From: Octopus sinensis
Taxonomy: Eukaryota
Assembly (NCBI RefSeq): GCF_006345805.1
Contig: NC_042999.1
Location: 434,001-498,000, forward strand
Direction: 5' to 3'
Length of the DNA: 64,000 nucleotides
Part shown: positions 1 through 12,397 of the stretch, piece by piece
How the letters are laid out: each line of letters starts with the position of its first letter
Position numbering within the stretch: position 1 is the first letter of the stretch
Translations under genes and position numbers: made by a program
The notes under the pieces: model-generated
Told to the model about the DNA's origin: nothing
The model's database searches: none
The model's input: the letters and a program-made list of their open reading frames with translations, nothing else

Positions 1-174
1 ATATATATGTATGTATATTATATATATATATTTTCATATATATGTATATATGTACACACACGCATATAGATAGATGTATAGACACAAATATCGAACAATG
101 AGAATGAGTGCTCAACACCGAATTGGTGGATAATAGAAACACACACACACAGACACACAGACACACACACACAC

Positions 175-231
<57 letters not shown>

Positions 232-429
232 TATCTCTATATATTTATATACACGCTCACATATGCTAATATAATTCTATAAAATTTTATATAAACACAA
301 GTGAATCTATCTACGTACCTCTTCTTCGTTGTTATATATAATGTGTGTGTCTGTCTGTGTGTATATATACGTATGTATATATGTGTATATATATATATTA
401 TATATATATATATGTATATATATTATATG

Positions 430-462
<33 letters not shown>

Positions 463-600
463 TAATACATATATACAGACAAGAAATTTCTCTGTTTTTA
501 TTCTTTCTCGACCAAGAAAACTTATCCATCTTTTCATGTGTTCTTATCTAATTTTATTGTATTTTTCAATTATTTTATGTACTTAATTGTCTGAAAGACA

Positions 601-647
601 TCACACCGATGAAGGAAATGCAATTTCCGAAAGTGAGATGTCTGTGA
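601..647 (+). ncRNA. Hammerhead-ribozyme-like motif (type I, degenerate, CCGAUGA core)
   Basis: tcaca-CCGATGA-a-ggaaat(gca)atttcc-GAAA-gtgagat-GTC-tgtga. Stem I (tcaca/tgtga) and the 6-bp stem II pair; U4 is replaced by C and stem III is imperfect. Confidence 0.5.
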
Positions 648-903
648 GTGTAGTAAGAACACATGATGAAAGGAAATTAACAAATTAATTTATTCAGAAG
701 AGATAGATAAATAGAAATATATCCTACTGTAATTAGTTTAGAGCGAAACGAGAAAGCAAAACAACAACTATTTACAGCGGCTTTTTCTGTCTCTGAATAA
801 CAGCCAGTGATGCATGTGTGTGTGGAGGTATGTGTATTGTATAAGAATTTCCGATGTGCGTTTGTGTGCGCTTGTATGAGAATACACATGTAATCTCTCT
901 ATA

Positions 904-947
<44 letters not shown>

Positions 948-973
948 ATATATATAATATATATATATATATA

Positions 974-1006
<33 letters not shown>

Positions 1007-1008
1007 GA

Positions 1009-1045
<37 letters not shown>

Positions 1046-1055
1046 TATATATATA

Positions 1056-1091
<36 letters not shown>

Positions 1092-1142
<51 letters not shown>
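1092..1142. repeat. (AG)n microsatellite following a long (TA)n tract (~905-1090)
   Basis: Direct inspection. Confidence 0.95.
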
Positions 1143-1147
<5 letters not shown>

Positions 1148-1172
1148 GCATGGAAATATATGTATATATATT

Positions 1173-1370
1173 TACGAGGGGTGCAAAAGCTTCCTGGCTT
1201 TAAGGCGTCGCGAAAAGCCTGGTTAGAGGCCCGAACTTCCCAGCTGTTTTTCAGGGCTCAGGAATACTAAAGGGCCGCTGCAGTGAATCTGAGAAGGGAA
1301 TGGGAAGATGTCTAATAAGCTCATAATTAACTAATCCTTTTCTCTAACCAGGAAGTTTTCAGCACTCGTA
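1173..1370 (+). mobile_element. Internally deleted mariner derivative (MITE-like)
   Basis: Imperfect TIRs: left tacgaggggtgcaaaagcttcctgg, right ccaggaagttttcagcactcgta, both with TA ends. The interior encodes a mariner C-terminal-like [11 protein letters not shown] segment. Confidence 0.65.
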
Positions 1371-1700
1371 TGAATTGTCTTCTAAATTCTGTTTTCAGCA
1401 ACTGAGCATGCTTACTCGAAATGATTTAAATTGAAACCTAATGCATTGCTTTTACCAGTCCTTATTAAAATATTCTAGTTTTCTAAATATTTAAATCGGT
1501 TGATATTTTAAAAGCTATTTATCTTGATTATTGTTGTTAGATATGTACCATTCAAAAGCGCAACTTGGCGTTTTTTTGTGGAATAATCTATGTTGATTGA
1601 ATTTTTTCCATACTGTATTACATTTGAAGTAATCTACTCTAGACGATAGACACACAAGCATACCTCTATGAAAGGGAGATTAACTTGTTTTTGGGTATAT

Positions 1701-1928
1701 GTAGTTTACAGCATAAGATGCATAGAAGGTGCTTGTAAAGACATGGACATCACGTACCTTGGGGAAACATCTAGGAGCATTGCGGAACGACTAAATGAAT
1801 ATCTGAGACAATATGACTACAAAAAGCAGTCCTCCATACTCTACCAACATGCCAAAGACCACCATGGAGGCAACTTGGGTCAACTTAACATCCGCATCTT
1901 ATCCAAGCACCCAAAAGACCCAACACTC
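1701..1928 (+). pseudogene. Penelope-like element GIY-YIG endonuclease fragment
   Basis: VVYSIRC...YLGETSRSIAERLNEY...SILYQHAKDHH matches the Penelope-type GIY-YIG pattern (VVY..C, YIGET.R....R..EH, S.L..H). It is truncated before the catalytic Glu, and no RT is nearby. Confidence 0.8.
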
Positions 1929-2354
1929 ATTAAATCTTATTATCAATATACGTTTAAATGTGAATTATTTTTACTTTTGTTAACTATTCTACTTAGATGT
2001 TAGACAATTTTTCTTGTTATTGATCCAACTTCCAATAGAAAGGTTCAGTGTCCGGTCCTGAATTAATTTCGCGGTTTGTGACGCGTTTGTCGTCATTTTA
2101 AATTGATGCCTGCGTTTCTTTGATTATTAATGAAAAAAAGGAATATATTGTTTCTAACACTAGGGCTCTACTATTATTCCAATTAAGAAATCAAAGATTC
2201 TGCTTCGTTATTTCATGGTGGATTAATTGGTAATTAGATAGAGAATTAATTTGACTTTGTTTCTATTTGTGGTAAGTTGATAATTTGTAAATGTGATGTG
2301 AAGTTTCTTTTTAGGACTGAAGAATTCTGCTATTCTTCCACTCATTAAAATGCC

Positions 2355-2390
2355 GGTCCTCGTCGTCGTAACCGACGGAGTGCTTCCACC
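2355..2390 (+). mobile_element. SINE family A, 3' end fragment
   Basis: cctcgtcgtcgtaaccgacggagtgcttcca matches the 3' end of the copy at 32034-32418. Confidence 0.75.
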
Positions 2391-2449
2391 AAACTGCTGG
2401 TAAAGAGTTTTATTTGTACACAGACGCTGTTAAATAACTACGTGCATAT

Positions 2450-2850
2450 ATTTATACATACATACATACATACATACATGCATAGAGAGGCATACATGCA
2501 TGCATACATACATACACATACATACATACGTGCATACATACATACATACATGCATGCATACATACATACATACATACATACATACATACATACATACATA
2601 CGTACATACATACATACATAGGTACATGCATACATTAATACATACATACACATATCCATAGATAGATACATACATACATACATACATACATACATACATA
2701 CATAGGTACATTCATACATACATTCATACATACATACATATATTCATACAGACGTACATACGTACATACATAGATAATACATACATACGTACGTACGTAC
2801 GTACATACATGCATGCATACATACTTGCATACATACATACATACATACAT
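2450..2850. repeat. (TACA)n microsatellite
   Basis: Direct inspection; it explains the MYVC-type ORFs. Confidence 0.95.
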
Positions 2851-2892
2851 GATTAAGCTCATTGATAATTTTTTTTAAAGTGTTAATCTAAT

Positions 2893-2937
2893 ACAGTCCG
2901 ATGATGGCTCAGCTGGCCAAAACTTCGAAGTCACTGT
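2893..2937 (+). ncRNA. Hammerhead-ribozyme-like motif (type I, palindromic stem III)
   Basis: acagt-CCGATGA-t-ggc(tcagctg)gcc-AAAAC-ttcgaa-GTC-actgt. Stem I is acagt/actgt, stem III is the palindrome ACTTCGAAGT, and a GUC triplet is present; deviations are U4C and G12A. Confidence 0.6.
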
Positions 2938-3189
2938 CAGCGTCATTTAAGAGGATTATTGCATATCAAAATAAAGTTACACTGCAAATGATGACTTGAC
3001 GGTACGACACACATCAACCGACAAATTATACATTTCACCAGTGAATTATTCAACAATGAACGGAGGTTGACTGGTGATTGAGGATAAGCAAATGCACGAG
3101 AATCCAAAATTCAGGAGAACATTCAGGGTGGCGTAATATAACAGTAAAAAATATTAAAATGTACACAAATGATCATAATCTTTTCTACT

Positions 3190-3592
3190 CAAGGCACAAG
3201 CCCCGAAAATTTTGGGGGAGGGGGGCCAGTCGATTTAATCGACCCCAGTACTGGTACTTAATTTACCGACCCCGGAAGGATGAAAGGCAAAGTCGACCTC
3301 GGCGGAATTTGAACTCATAACGTAAAGACAGACGAACGCAAGTACCGCTAAGCATTTCGCCCGTTTTGCTAATTTTTGCATGTATGTATGTATGTATGTA
3401 TGTATGTATGTATGTATGTATGTATGTATGCATGCATGTATGTATGTATGCATGCATGTATGTATGTATGTATGTATGTATGTATGTATGCATACTTGCC
3501 TCTATGCATGCATGTATGCATACTTGCCTCTATGCATGCATGTATGCAAGTATTTCGCCCGGCGTGCTAACGTTTCTGCCAGCTCACCGCCT
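3190..3592 (-). mobile_element. tRNA-derived SINE family C, interrupted by (TATG)n at ~3376-3545
   Basis: Matches the family C consensus (gagctggcagaaacgttagcacgccgggcgaaatg...gagttcaaattccgccgaggtcgactttgcctttcatcc). Confidence 0.85.
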
Positions 3593-4062
3593 TACACAAA
3601 TGATTATAATGTTTCATAAGAATATATGACCGTGACGTAACATCGTACATTCAGTTACGTAAGACATGCAACATGCATAGATTTATGCGATATACATCAA
3701 TATATAATAGCTCCAAATCCTCGGACATATTCGATATGTTGTGAGAAGGATAGGTTCGACAACGTATGAACATGCAAAGCAAGAATGATAACAGTTTAAC
3801 ATAGATGTGGGCGGACAAAACTCAGCCAACCAGAAATTATATCTAATGAAAGTAGACTACCTGAGAAAGATAGATATCCAAACTGGAATCATCAAGCGAG
3901 ATTGGTGAGAGATAAAATTAGAACGAAATAGAACAAATAATATTTTTTAAATGGAAGAAAATTTGAATGGCATAGTTTATCTTGAACTACCTTCAAAGCA
4001 ACAGTCTCCGCCCGGAATCAGAGACCAACAGCACAAATTCTTTGTCACAGAGACCAGCACCA

Positions 4063-4495
4063 GGATCTTTTCGGTTTGAACGGCAGTTTTTAACATAATT
4101 CCCATGTAACTAAACACTTTTAAACTTCGTATACTGGTAGAATGTGTTTATAAAACATCTTTTTCTCTTGGCTTTATTGAGAAAATTCTATAGTTTGTAA
4201 GATATTGGTTGTTTTTTTTCTTCAATTTCTGCAATTTCAACCAATCAATGACGTCTATTGAGGTAAAAACATTCTGTGCCGTATGAATATGTCCCTCGTT
4301 TAAGAAACAGATTGGGTTTATTTACATTTGTGAAGAAAAAAAGATACCCTTCCCCCACCTCTAACCCTAACCCTAACTAACCCTAGCCCTAAAACAGATT
4401 GAAAAATGCAATAGATCGATACTAGGGTCATAATTATGGGTGACAATTTCATATGATACCGCTAGAAAAACCTGCCGTTCAAACCGAAAAGATCC
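4063..4495 (+). mobile_element. MITE, copy 1, with internal telomere-like (CCCTAA)n
   Basis: TIRs GGATCTTTTCGGTTTGAACGGCAG / CTGCCGTTCAAACCGAAAAGATCC; near-identical to the reverse complement of 4906-5329; no TSD visible. Confidence 0.85.
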
Positions 4496-4905
4496 GACTG
4501 CAGACTTAATCGTCGATGGACGATGTACAAAATTATATTTATTTTATTGTGTCACGTTGTTATGATAATATGTATGGGTTGATAAGATTGCACCGTCTAT
4601 TAATTTTCGTAAATTTAATATATACGAATGTTTATAGGTTAATTACTGTAAAATAATTAGAATGAATACACTAGGGTTTGTTAAGAAAAAATATAGCTAA
4701 TTATAGTAAAGATAAAATTCAGTGATACCTCGCAGTACAAGTCTAATTCTTTCCATGATCGAGCTAGTTTTACGATATACTGGTTTACTAATCAATTTTC
4801 CCCATTGAAATTAACTAAAATATAATGAATCCGTTCCAGCCCCCCCCCCTGCCCTCCCCCGGAAAACACTCAAGAATATTTTTTATGGATTTTAAAACAG
4901 AAAAG

Positions 4906-5329
4906 GGATCTTTTCGGTTTGAACGGCAGGTTTTTCTAGCGGTGTCATATGAAATTGTCACCCATAATTATGACCCTAGAATCGATCTATTGCATTTCAA
5001 TCTGGTTTAGGGTTAGGGTTAGGGTTAGAGGTGGGGGGAAGGTTATCTTTGTTTCTTCACAAATGTAAATAAACCAAATCTGTTTCTTAAACGAGGGATA
5101 TATTCATACGGCACAGAATGTTTTTTTCACCTCAATGGACGTCATTGATTGGCTAAAATTGCAGAAATTGAAGAAAAAAACAACAAATAGCTTACAAACT
5201 ATAGAATTTTCTCAATAAAGCCAAGAGAAAAAGATGTTTTATAAACACATTCTACCAGTATACGAAGTTTAAAATTTTTTAGTTACCTAGAAATTATGTT
5301 AAAAACTACCGTTCAAACCGAAAAGATCC
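4906..5329 (-). mobile_element. MITE, copy 2 (inverted), 8-bp TSD
   Basis: Same TIRs; flanked by CAGAAAAG at 4898-4905 and 5330-5337; (TTAGGG)3 at 5007-5024. Confidence 0.88.
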
Positions 5330-5608
5330 CAGAAAAGCTGCAGTTACAAGTAAAAATGACAATTGTAAAAAAAAGAAATATGTCAACTGGTTTTATTAAA
5401 TCAATTACTACTTCGAGCATGTAGATGATTTAGATTTCGTATATAAGCAGTTGTTGAAGCTAAAGGTGGCTTTATTGAATAGCGTTATAGAAAAGGTTTC
5501 TTTTTATCCTCATAGCAATTTTTGATAAATAAAGTTATCTTTTTATATATCTGATTTTTTAAATAAACATATAACTATCCTCAAATATCTTACGCACCCT
5601 GTATCGTG

Positions 5609-5945
5609 GCACTGCGTCGGTTACGACGACGCGGGTTCCAGTTGATCCGATCAACGGAACAGCCTGTCCATAAAATTAACGTGCAAGTGGCTGAGCACTC
5701 CACAGACACGTGTACCCTTAACGTAGTTCTCGGGGAGATTCAGCGTGACATAGAGTGTGACAGAAACAGGAAGAAAGAGTGAAAGAAAGAGTACAGCAGG
5801 GCTCGCCACCACCCGCTGCCGGAGTCTCGTAGAGCTTTAGGTGTTTTCGCTCAATAAACACTCACAACGCGCGGTCTGGAAATCGAAACCGCGATCCTAT
5901 GACCGCGTGTCCGCTGCCCTAACCACTGGGCCATTGCGCCTCCAC
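5609..5945 (-). mobile_element. tRNA-derived SINE family A
   Basis: Minus-strand head gtggaggcgcaatggcccagtggttagggcagcgg...ggtttcgattt contains A and B boxes; the body is shared with the 9043, 14329 and 32034 copies. Confidence 0.9.
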
Positions 5946-6669
5946 GCACGCTGTATATACATGCATACACACACAGATACACACACACACACACACTCAC
6001 ACACACATGAATGTGCATTTTAATATGGCGGTGGATTTTGAAAGCTCAGCAAAACACCGAGCCAATGTTTCATTAGATAATTATGTTCATTATCTCGTGT
6101 TTGCGAGATCAAATTTCACCAGATGTCAACAAACGGATACAACTGCCGACGATTTATATACACGTAATCAATTACTCTTTCCCTATATCTGAAAATCCTT
6201 CGATTTCTCTCCGGAATTCTACCTAATTTCATTTATATTCCTTACGGCATTATAATGGCATTACCTTTCAACTTTAAAAAAAGCTTGCGACTATGATAAT
6301 TCTTTAGAGATTAAATGACGCAAAACAGATTTCTGTGGAAACGGATATTCAGAATGAAATTCTAAACAGATTTCAAAGAAGTTCTCTTTCGTTATTCAGT
6401 GTTTTTTAAAATTTATCGTTATCTATGTATTACCTTTATTATTTATTATTTATTGATTTATGGTTTCCTTTTAGATTTGTGTATATGAGAGCATGTTGCC
6501 AAGTGGCTAGTAGTGCTGTTGCATTTACGATCACAAGATCGTGGTTTCAAATCGCAGCCCAGACAATACGCTGTTTTTTGGGGTTTTTTTTTTGAGTAAG
6601 GGAAAAAAAGTCGCGTTCCTCTGCGATCACATATGGCCCTAGTAACACTGGAATAGATTGTTGAAATTT

Positions 6670-6832
6670 TTTATGAGAACATAAACCCTAACATTTGGCC
6701 TCCTAATTCCCCAGATGTCAATTCATTTGACTATTACATGTGCAACGTTGTTGAGAGAGGGGTCAATCAACAGGCCCATAACATCAAAGATTCTTTGAAA
6801 TCTACCATAGTCAGAGTTATGTCCAAAATGAA
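6670..6832 (+). pseudogene. Tc1/mariner transposase C-terminal fragment
   Basis: In-frame from 6696: WPPNSPDVNSFDYYMCNVVERGVNQQAHNIKDSLKSTIVRVMSKMN, matching the WPPxSPDLNPLDY motif. Confidence 0.8.
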
Positions 6833-6834
6833 CC

Positions 6835-6916
6835 CATACGCCCAGTCTGGAAATCGTAACCGCGATCTTACGACCGCGAGTCGGCTGCCCTACCTACTGG
6901 GCCATTGCGCCTCCAC
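6835..6916 (-). mobile_element. SINE family A, head only
   Basis: Matches 5865-5945. Confidence 0.8.
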
Positions 6917-7047
6917 GCACGTTGTATATATGCACACACACACCTGATGTTTCGCACATTTTGCACCTGCGCAAGCAATATCGATTTCATGGAGGGCATT
7001 TGTACAGCACAAACAGTTAGTCACTGTTTGTGCATAACTGTTTGTGT

Positions 7048-7250
7048 GGCGAGCTGGCAGAAACGTTGGAACTGCTTCATGGTATTTCATCTGCCGCTAC
7101 GTTCTGAGTTCAAATTCCGCTGAGGTCGACTTTGCCTTTCATCCTTTCGAGATCGATAAATTAAGTACCAGGTACGCACTGGGGTCGATGTAATCAACTT
7201 AATCCGTTTGTCTGTCCTTGTTTGTCCCCTCTATGTTTAGCCCCTTGTTA
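7048..7250 (+). mobile_element. SINE family C
   Basis: Family consensus match. Confidence 0.85.
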
Positions 7251-7664
7251 GTCACTGTAAACATTAATGGAGGTTGTTCAAAAGAAGCTGTTGACCCCTC
7301 TTCTGTTGTTTACGAGAGGAAAGTCTACCATTCAGTTAGTTTAATCAAAATTACGGTGAAGTGGCCGAATCATTAACACGTGGGCAAATTTACTTATTGG
7401 CATTTCCTCGGACGCTTTATGTCCTGGGTTCAAATCTCACCGACTGACAACAGGTATTAGATTATTTACGGCCTCGTAACTTACCAATCCGGCAAAATAG
7501 AGCGATAGAATAAATGCTTAGCTTAAAAACAAAAAAACTACTGGGGTCCATTTGTTCGACGAAACATTTCAAGACGTTGCCCCTATTGGCCACAGTCCAA
7601 TAAATGAAACAAGTAAAATATAACCTCAGCTAGAATTGAACACAGGTCATAAAGGGTCAAAAGA

Positions 7665-8072
7665 AATACTTATTTCTTTACTACCCACAAGGGGACAAAC
7701 AATGACAGACAAACAGATTAAGTCGATTATATCGACCCCAGTGCGTAACTGGTAGTTATTTAATCGACAAAGAAAGGATGAAAGGCAAAGTCGACTTTGG
7801 CGGAATTTGAACTCAGAACGTAGCGGCAGACGAAATACCTATTTCTTTACTACCCACAAGGGGCTAAACACAGAAAGGACAAACAAGGACAGCCAAAGGG
7901 ATTAAGTCGATTATATCAACCTCCAGTGTGTAACTGGTACTTATTTAATCTACCCCGAAAGGATGAAAGGCAAAGTCGACCTCGGCGGAATTTGAACTCA
8001 GAACGTAGCGGCAGACGAAATACCGCAAAGCATTTCGCCCGGCGTGCTAACGATTCTGCCAGCTCACCGCCT
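7665..8072 (-). mobile_element. SINE family C, multimeric
   Basis: Head plus repeated ~150-bp unit with the recurrent junction. Confidence 0.88.
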
Positions 8073-8401
8073 TGACAAAAGAAATACTGTTAAGCATCTT
8101 GTTCGACGCGCTAATGACTCTTATATTTCACAGCATTACTTTGAATCATAAATGATTTTGATTATGCATGTTATTGAGACTTTTAGTTTTATAGTTTCTT
8201 TTTAATTATTACAGTGTCCAAATTTTCATTTTGATTTCGTTCCGTTATAAATATTTATGGTATTAATAAACCATTTTTCTTGAAGATATTGATTCTTCTC
8301 ATGCATGGCGCCTTCATTTTCAGGTTTATATTCTACATACAAAATTACACAAGCACGAACATACATACGTACACAGAGACGTAGAAACACTCACATTTGT
8401 A

Positions 8402-8454
<53 letters not shown>

Positions 8455-8536
8455 TATGTGTGTGTGTATATACGTATATATATACATATATGTGTATATA
8501 TACATATACATATACATATATGTTCATATATACATA

Positions 8537-8581
<45 letters not shown>

Positions 8582-8591
8582 ATATATATAT

Positions 8592-8816
8592 GAAGGCACA
8601 TGGATCAGTGGTTAGAGCGTTGAGCTTAAGATCGTGAGGTGTGTGTTCGATTCCCGGAACGGGCTGCGTGTTGTGTTCTTGAGCAAGACACTTTATTTCA
8701 CGTGCACCGGTTAACTCAGCTGTAGAAATGAGCTACGACATCACTGGTGCTTTTGCCTTATCCCTTGGTGTGGAGGAGGCTGGTATGCATGGGCGACTGC
8801 TAGCCTTCCATAAACA

Positions 8817-8817
<1 letters not shown>
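8592..8817 (+). mobile_element. tRNA-derived SINE family B (CORE-like central domain)
   Basis: A box ggatcagtggttagag and B box gttcgattccc, followed by gtgttcttgagcaagacacttt...actcagctgtagaaatgag, which resembles the CORE-SINE domain. Confidence 0.8.
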
Positions 8818-8857
<40 letters not shown>

Positions 8858-9042
8858 TAGATATATATATATGTATATATATATATAATATATATATATA
8901 TAGACACACATACATATGTGCTTAGTTATGCATATGTATGTGTATATATAATAAATATATGCGTGGATATCTATCTATCTATCTAACTATTTATCTATAA
9001 ATCTATGTATGTATGTATGTATGAATAGTTATTGTTTATCAT

Positions 9043-9337
9043 CATGGCAATCCGTCACTGACGACGACGAAGGTTCCAGTTGTACCCTTAAGGTAGTTCT
9101 CGGGGACATCCAACATAACACAGAGTGTGACAAGGCTGGCCCCTTTGAAATACAGGTACAACAGAAACAGGAAGAAAGAGTGAGAGAAAGTTGTGGTGAA
9201 AGAGTACAGCAGGGTTCACCAGCACACCCTGCCGGAACCTCGTAGACTTTTAGGTGTTTTCACTCAATTAAACACTCACAACGCCCGGTATGGGAATCGA
9301 AACCGCTGCCCTAACCACTGGACCATTGCGCCTCCAC
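9043..9337 (-). mobile_element. SINE family A with internal deletions
   Basis: Family match. Confidence 0.85.
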
Positions 9338-9835
9338 GATTGTTTATAATGGAATGTTGGCAAACCACAACAATTGCTTTTAAATGCAGATATTCTAGTA
9401 ACGAATACTTTAGTAAATCGGCACTAAAGCAGCACACACATTCAGTCATTCAGTTCCTTCAAAGTGGCACACATGTCACTACGTCGACTGGTTGGATCCT
9501 TTTACAAGCATATTTTCAACTATTGACAAGCACCTTCTTTGGTTTCAAGCTTGCCATTTAATCACTCGTTAGTTACTGAAAGTTGCTGGCTTTACTTATC
9601 TGACACACGTTCACTATCGTCGGTTTTCTGCGTATGTTTGTCAGGAAAACACTTAACTTTCACAAAGATTACATCACTTTGACGTTTTTTATCCTTAAAG
9701 GAGAAATGCTAGTGCACACGAGCTTTTTCAGTGCCTGCGCTACAGGCGGGAGATAAGTAAATTTAAAATTGAATTCTTAAAATATATTTGAAAATATATT
9801 TCTAGTTTTAGATCAGCTTTTCTTAGTTGAGGTAT

Positions 9836-10051
9836 ACTCTTACTCTTACTATTTTACTTGTTTCAGTCATTTGACTGCGGCCATGCTGGAGCACCGCCTT
9901 TAGTCGAGCAACTCGATCCCGGAACTTATTCTTTGTAAGCCCAGTACTTATTCTTTCGGTCTCTTTTGCCGAACCGCCAGGTGACGGGGACGTAAACACG
10001 CCAGCATCGGTTGTCAAGCAATGCTAGGGGGACAAACACAGACATACAAAT

Positions 10052-10107
<56 letters not shown>

Positions 10108-10236
10108 TATATAAATACATATATACGACAGGCGTCTTTCAGTTTCCGTCTACCAAATCCACTCACAAGGCTTTGGTCGGCCCGAGACTATAGTAGAAGA
10201 CACCTGCCCAAGGTGCCACGCAGTGGGACTGAACCC
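9836..10236 (-). mobile_element. tRNA-derived SINE family D with internal (TA)n/(TG)n
   Basis: Matches the reverse complement of 27875-28294; the extreme 5' head is missing. Confidence 0.88.
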
Positions 10237-10789
10237 TTTAATGTTTCAATTCTATTTGTCTCTTACCTTAGGCAATTTTCTTCTTGATCCTTGTGTTAGA
10301 CCATCTTTGTTGCATTGTTAACGCCTAAACGTTTTTAAACGCATGCCACACGCATAAAAGTATACTTGCCTTTGCAGAAGTATTCCATTGCTCGTGTTAT
10401 TATTTCTGCTTTAATTAGCAATCACCATTATCGGTAATATTGTCCACGAAGTAATTTTCATATGTCGACATTAAAATTAAAATTGATCTTCTTAATGCTG
10501 TGATTGCAGTTCATTTTAATGCGGTTATCGATGAAGTCATTATTTTTAAAAATACAGATATTTGAGAAATTATACTTAATATGCAGGATATTTTTTTTCC
10601 AATCTGTTCCTCAGACACCAGACATTAACTTTTATTAATATAGGAATTACCTCATAGCATCGATGCTGTTATATTCAAATGAGTTTCTTTTGTGTAGGTG
10701 GACGAAATAAAAACAAAATTTATTCTAAAACTGAAAAAAAATTAATATTAAACTATATCAATATTAAAGTTTTCTACGGCGGGCAGTCG

Positions 10790-10945
10790 GCAAAACTGTT
10801 AGCAAGCCGGTCAAAATGTTTACCAGCATTTCGTCCGTATTTACTTTCTGCGTTCAAAAATCACTGATGTCGACTTTGCCTTTCATCCTTTCGGAGTCAA
10901 TATAATAAGTACCAGTTGAGTACTGGGGGGTCGATGTAATCGACG
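10790..10945 (+). mobile_element. Degenerate SINE family C
   Basis: Diverged match (gtcgactttgcctttcatcctttcgg...aagtaccagttgagtactggggg). Confidence 0.65.
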
Positions 10946-12106
10946 TTGCGCTCCCATTCTACACCGGTAATTGCTGGCCTTGTGAAAAAATCTGAAACTT
11001 AATATTAAACTTCTTCTTGGTATAATAATTATGGTTTCAAATTTTGGTACGTAGCTTGACATGTAATTTATTTCATCAATTTTGAGTGGCTGAGAGGCAA
11101 AATCAACCATAGCGGAATTTGCGCTCATAGCATAAAGAACCGGAAGAAATACAGCCAAACATTTTGTCCGACGCACTGACTCTGCTGTCAGCTCGTCACC
11201 CTGATATAATAATAACAATGGCTTAAATTTTTGCCTCAAGAGTAACTGTTTTACGGATGGGCCTTCCTTTATACCATCATCCTAGAAGTTCACTGGAATG
11301 TTATATCGTAGACCCTTAGAGGATGAAAAGCAAATATTCCTTTGGTTGTAGTTGAGCTCAGAAAATATTAAAGTGACGTATTTTTCAGGCTTATAAAAAA
11401 AAAGCACTAGGATCGATTCATTTGATTAAAGTTCTTCAATGCGTTGCTCCAGCATGGCTGCAGTCAACAGACTGAAAAAAAGATAAAAGATACGTGCATG
11501 ACGATTACTCCATCTCCGTAGATGATAACCGTCTCCTTGTGCTTTGTCGTTTTTAATGCTTATTCAGGGGTTTATTCAGTTTCGTTGCAGATCCGCATTA
11601 TTTGAAGCATAGGTGAGAGGTGAAGGTTGTAATGCTTGCAACTGGTTAGCTTTGCACACATTGCAACTTCTCCACTACCGTAGAACTCTCAGAAGATGGG
11701 CTGACAAGTGAGAGACGAAGGCACCTTAAAGAGATGTCTACACGTAACTGGATTATAGTGATAAGCGCTTGTAGAATGCATCACAAGTACCATTCTCTAG
11801 GTCTCCATGGCTAGTACGTAATAACAGGTCGAAGAGAAATGACCAGTAATCGCGTGAAACCGCAGGTTTTACATTGTTCCACTAGAAGAATGCTGATTCA
11901 GCACTTAGGGAGCTCTCACTGCCGGTGGTTTATTGCGCACATCGACACCAACCAAGGGTATTTCTGCGTCCCTGCGCTGAGATGAATTGCCGTCACATGC
12001 TAATTAACCCACAACTGGGACCGTTATATGCGCTACTTCTTCAGATCAGGGTTGACTTGCAAACAATAGTGGCTAAAAGGTGACATATTCAGGGCACATA
12101 CATACA

Positions 12107-12320
12107 TACGAAGTGGTGCTGAAAAATTCCTGGTTTTGTGTAAAAGAAAATACAAGGGGGTCAGTTGATTATAATTTTATCCAACATATTCCCCTCTCAA
12201 ATTCCTCTACTTATCGCAGCGGTCCTTCAGTGTTTCTAGGCCCTGTAAAAGAATTCGGAAGTTTGGGCCTCCATCCAGGACATTCGCGATACCCTTAATG
12301 CCAGAGACTTTTCATATATA
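12107..12320 (-). mobile_element. Mariner end fragment related to 1173-1370
   Basis: TIR tacgaagtggtgctgaaaaattcctgg; the minus strand resembles the mariner C-terminus (EAQTSEFF). Confidence 0.55.
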
Positions 12321-12328
12321 TATATGTG

Positions 12329-12397
<69 letters not shown>

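Noticed and set aside
4361-5030. TTAGGG repeats as a telomere or chromosome-fusion scar
   Set aside because: Only 3-4 units, located inside both copies of a MITE.
11480-12070. GC-richer unique segment (also 16200-16780)
   Set aside because: No open frame or motif was recognised on either strand; probably old TE relics that I cannot assign.
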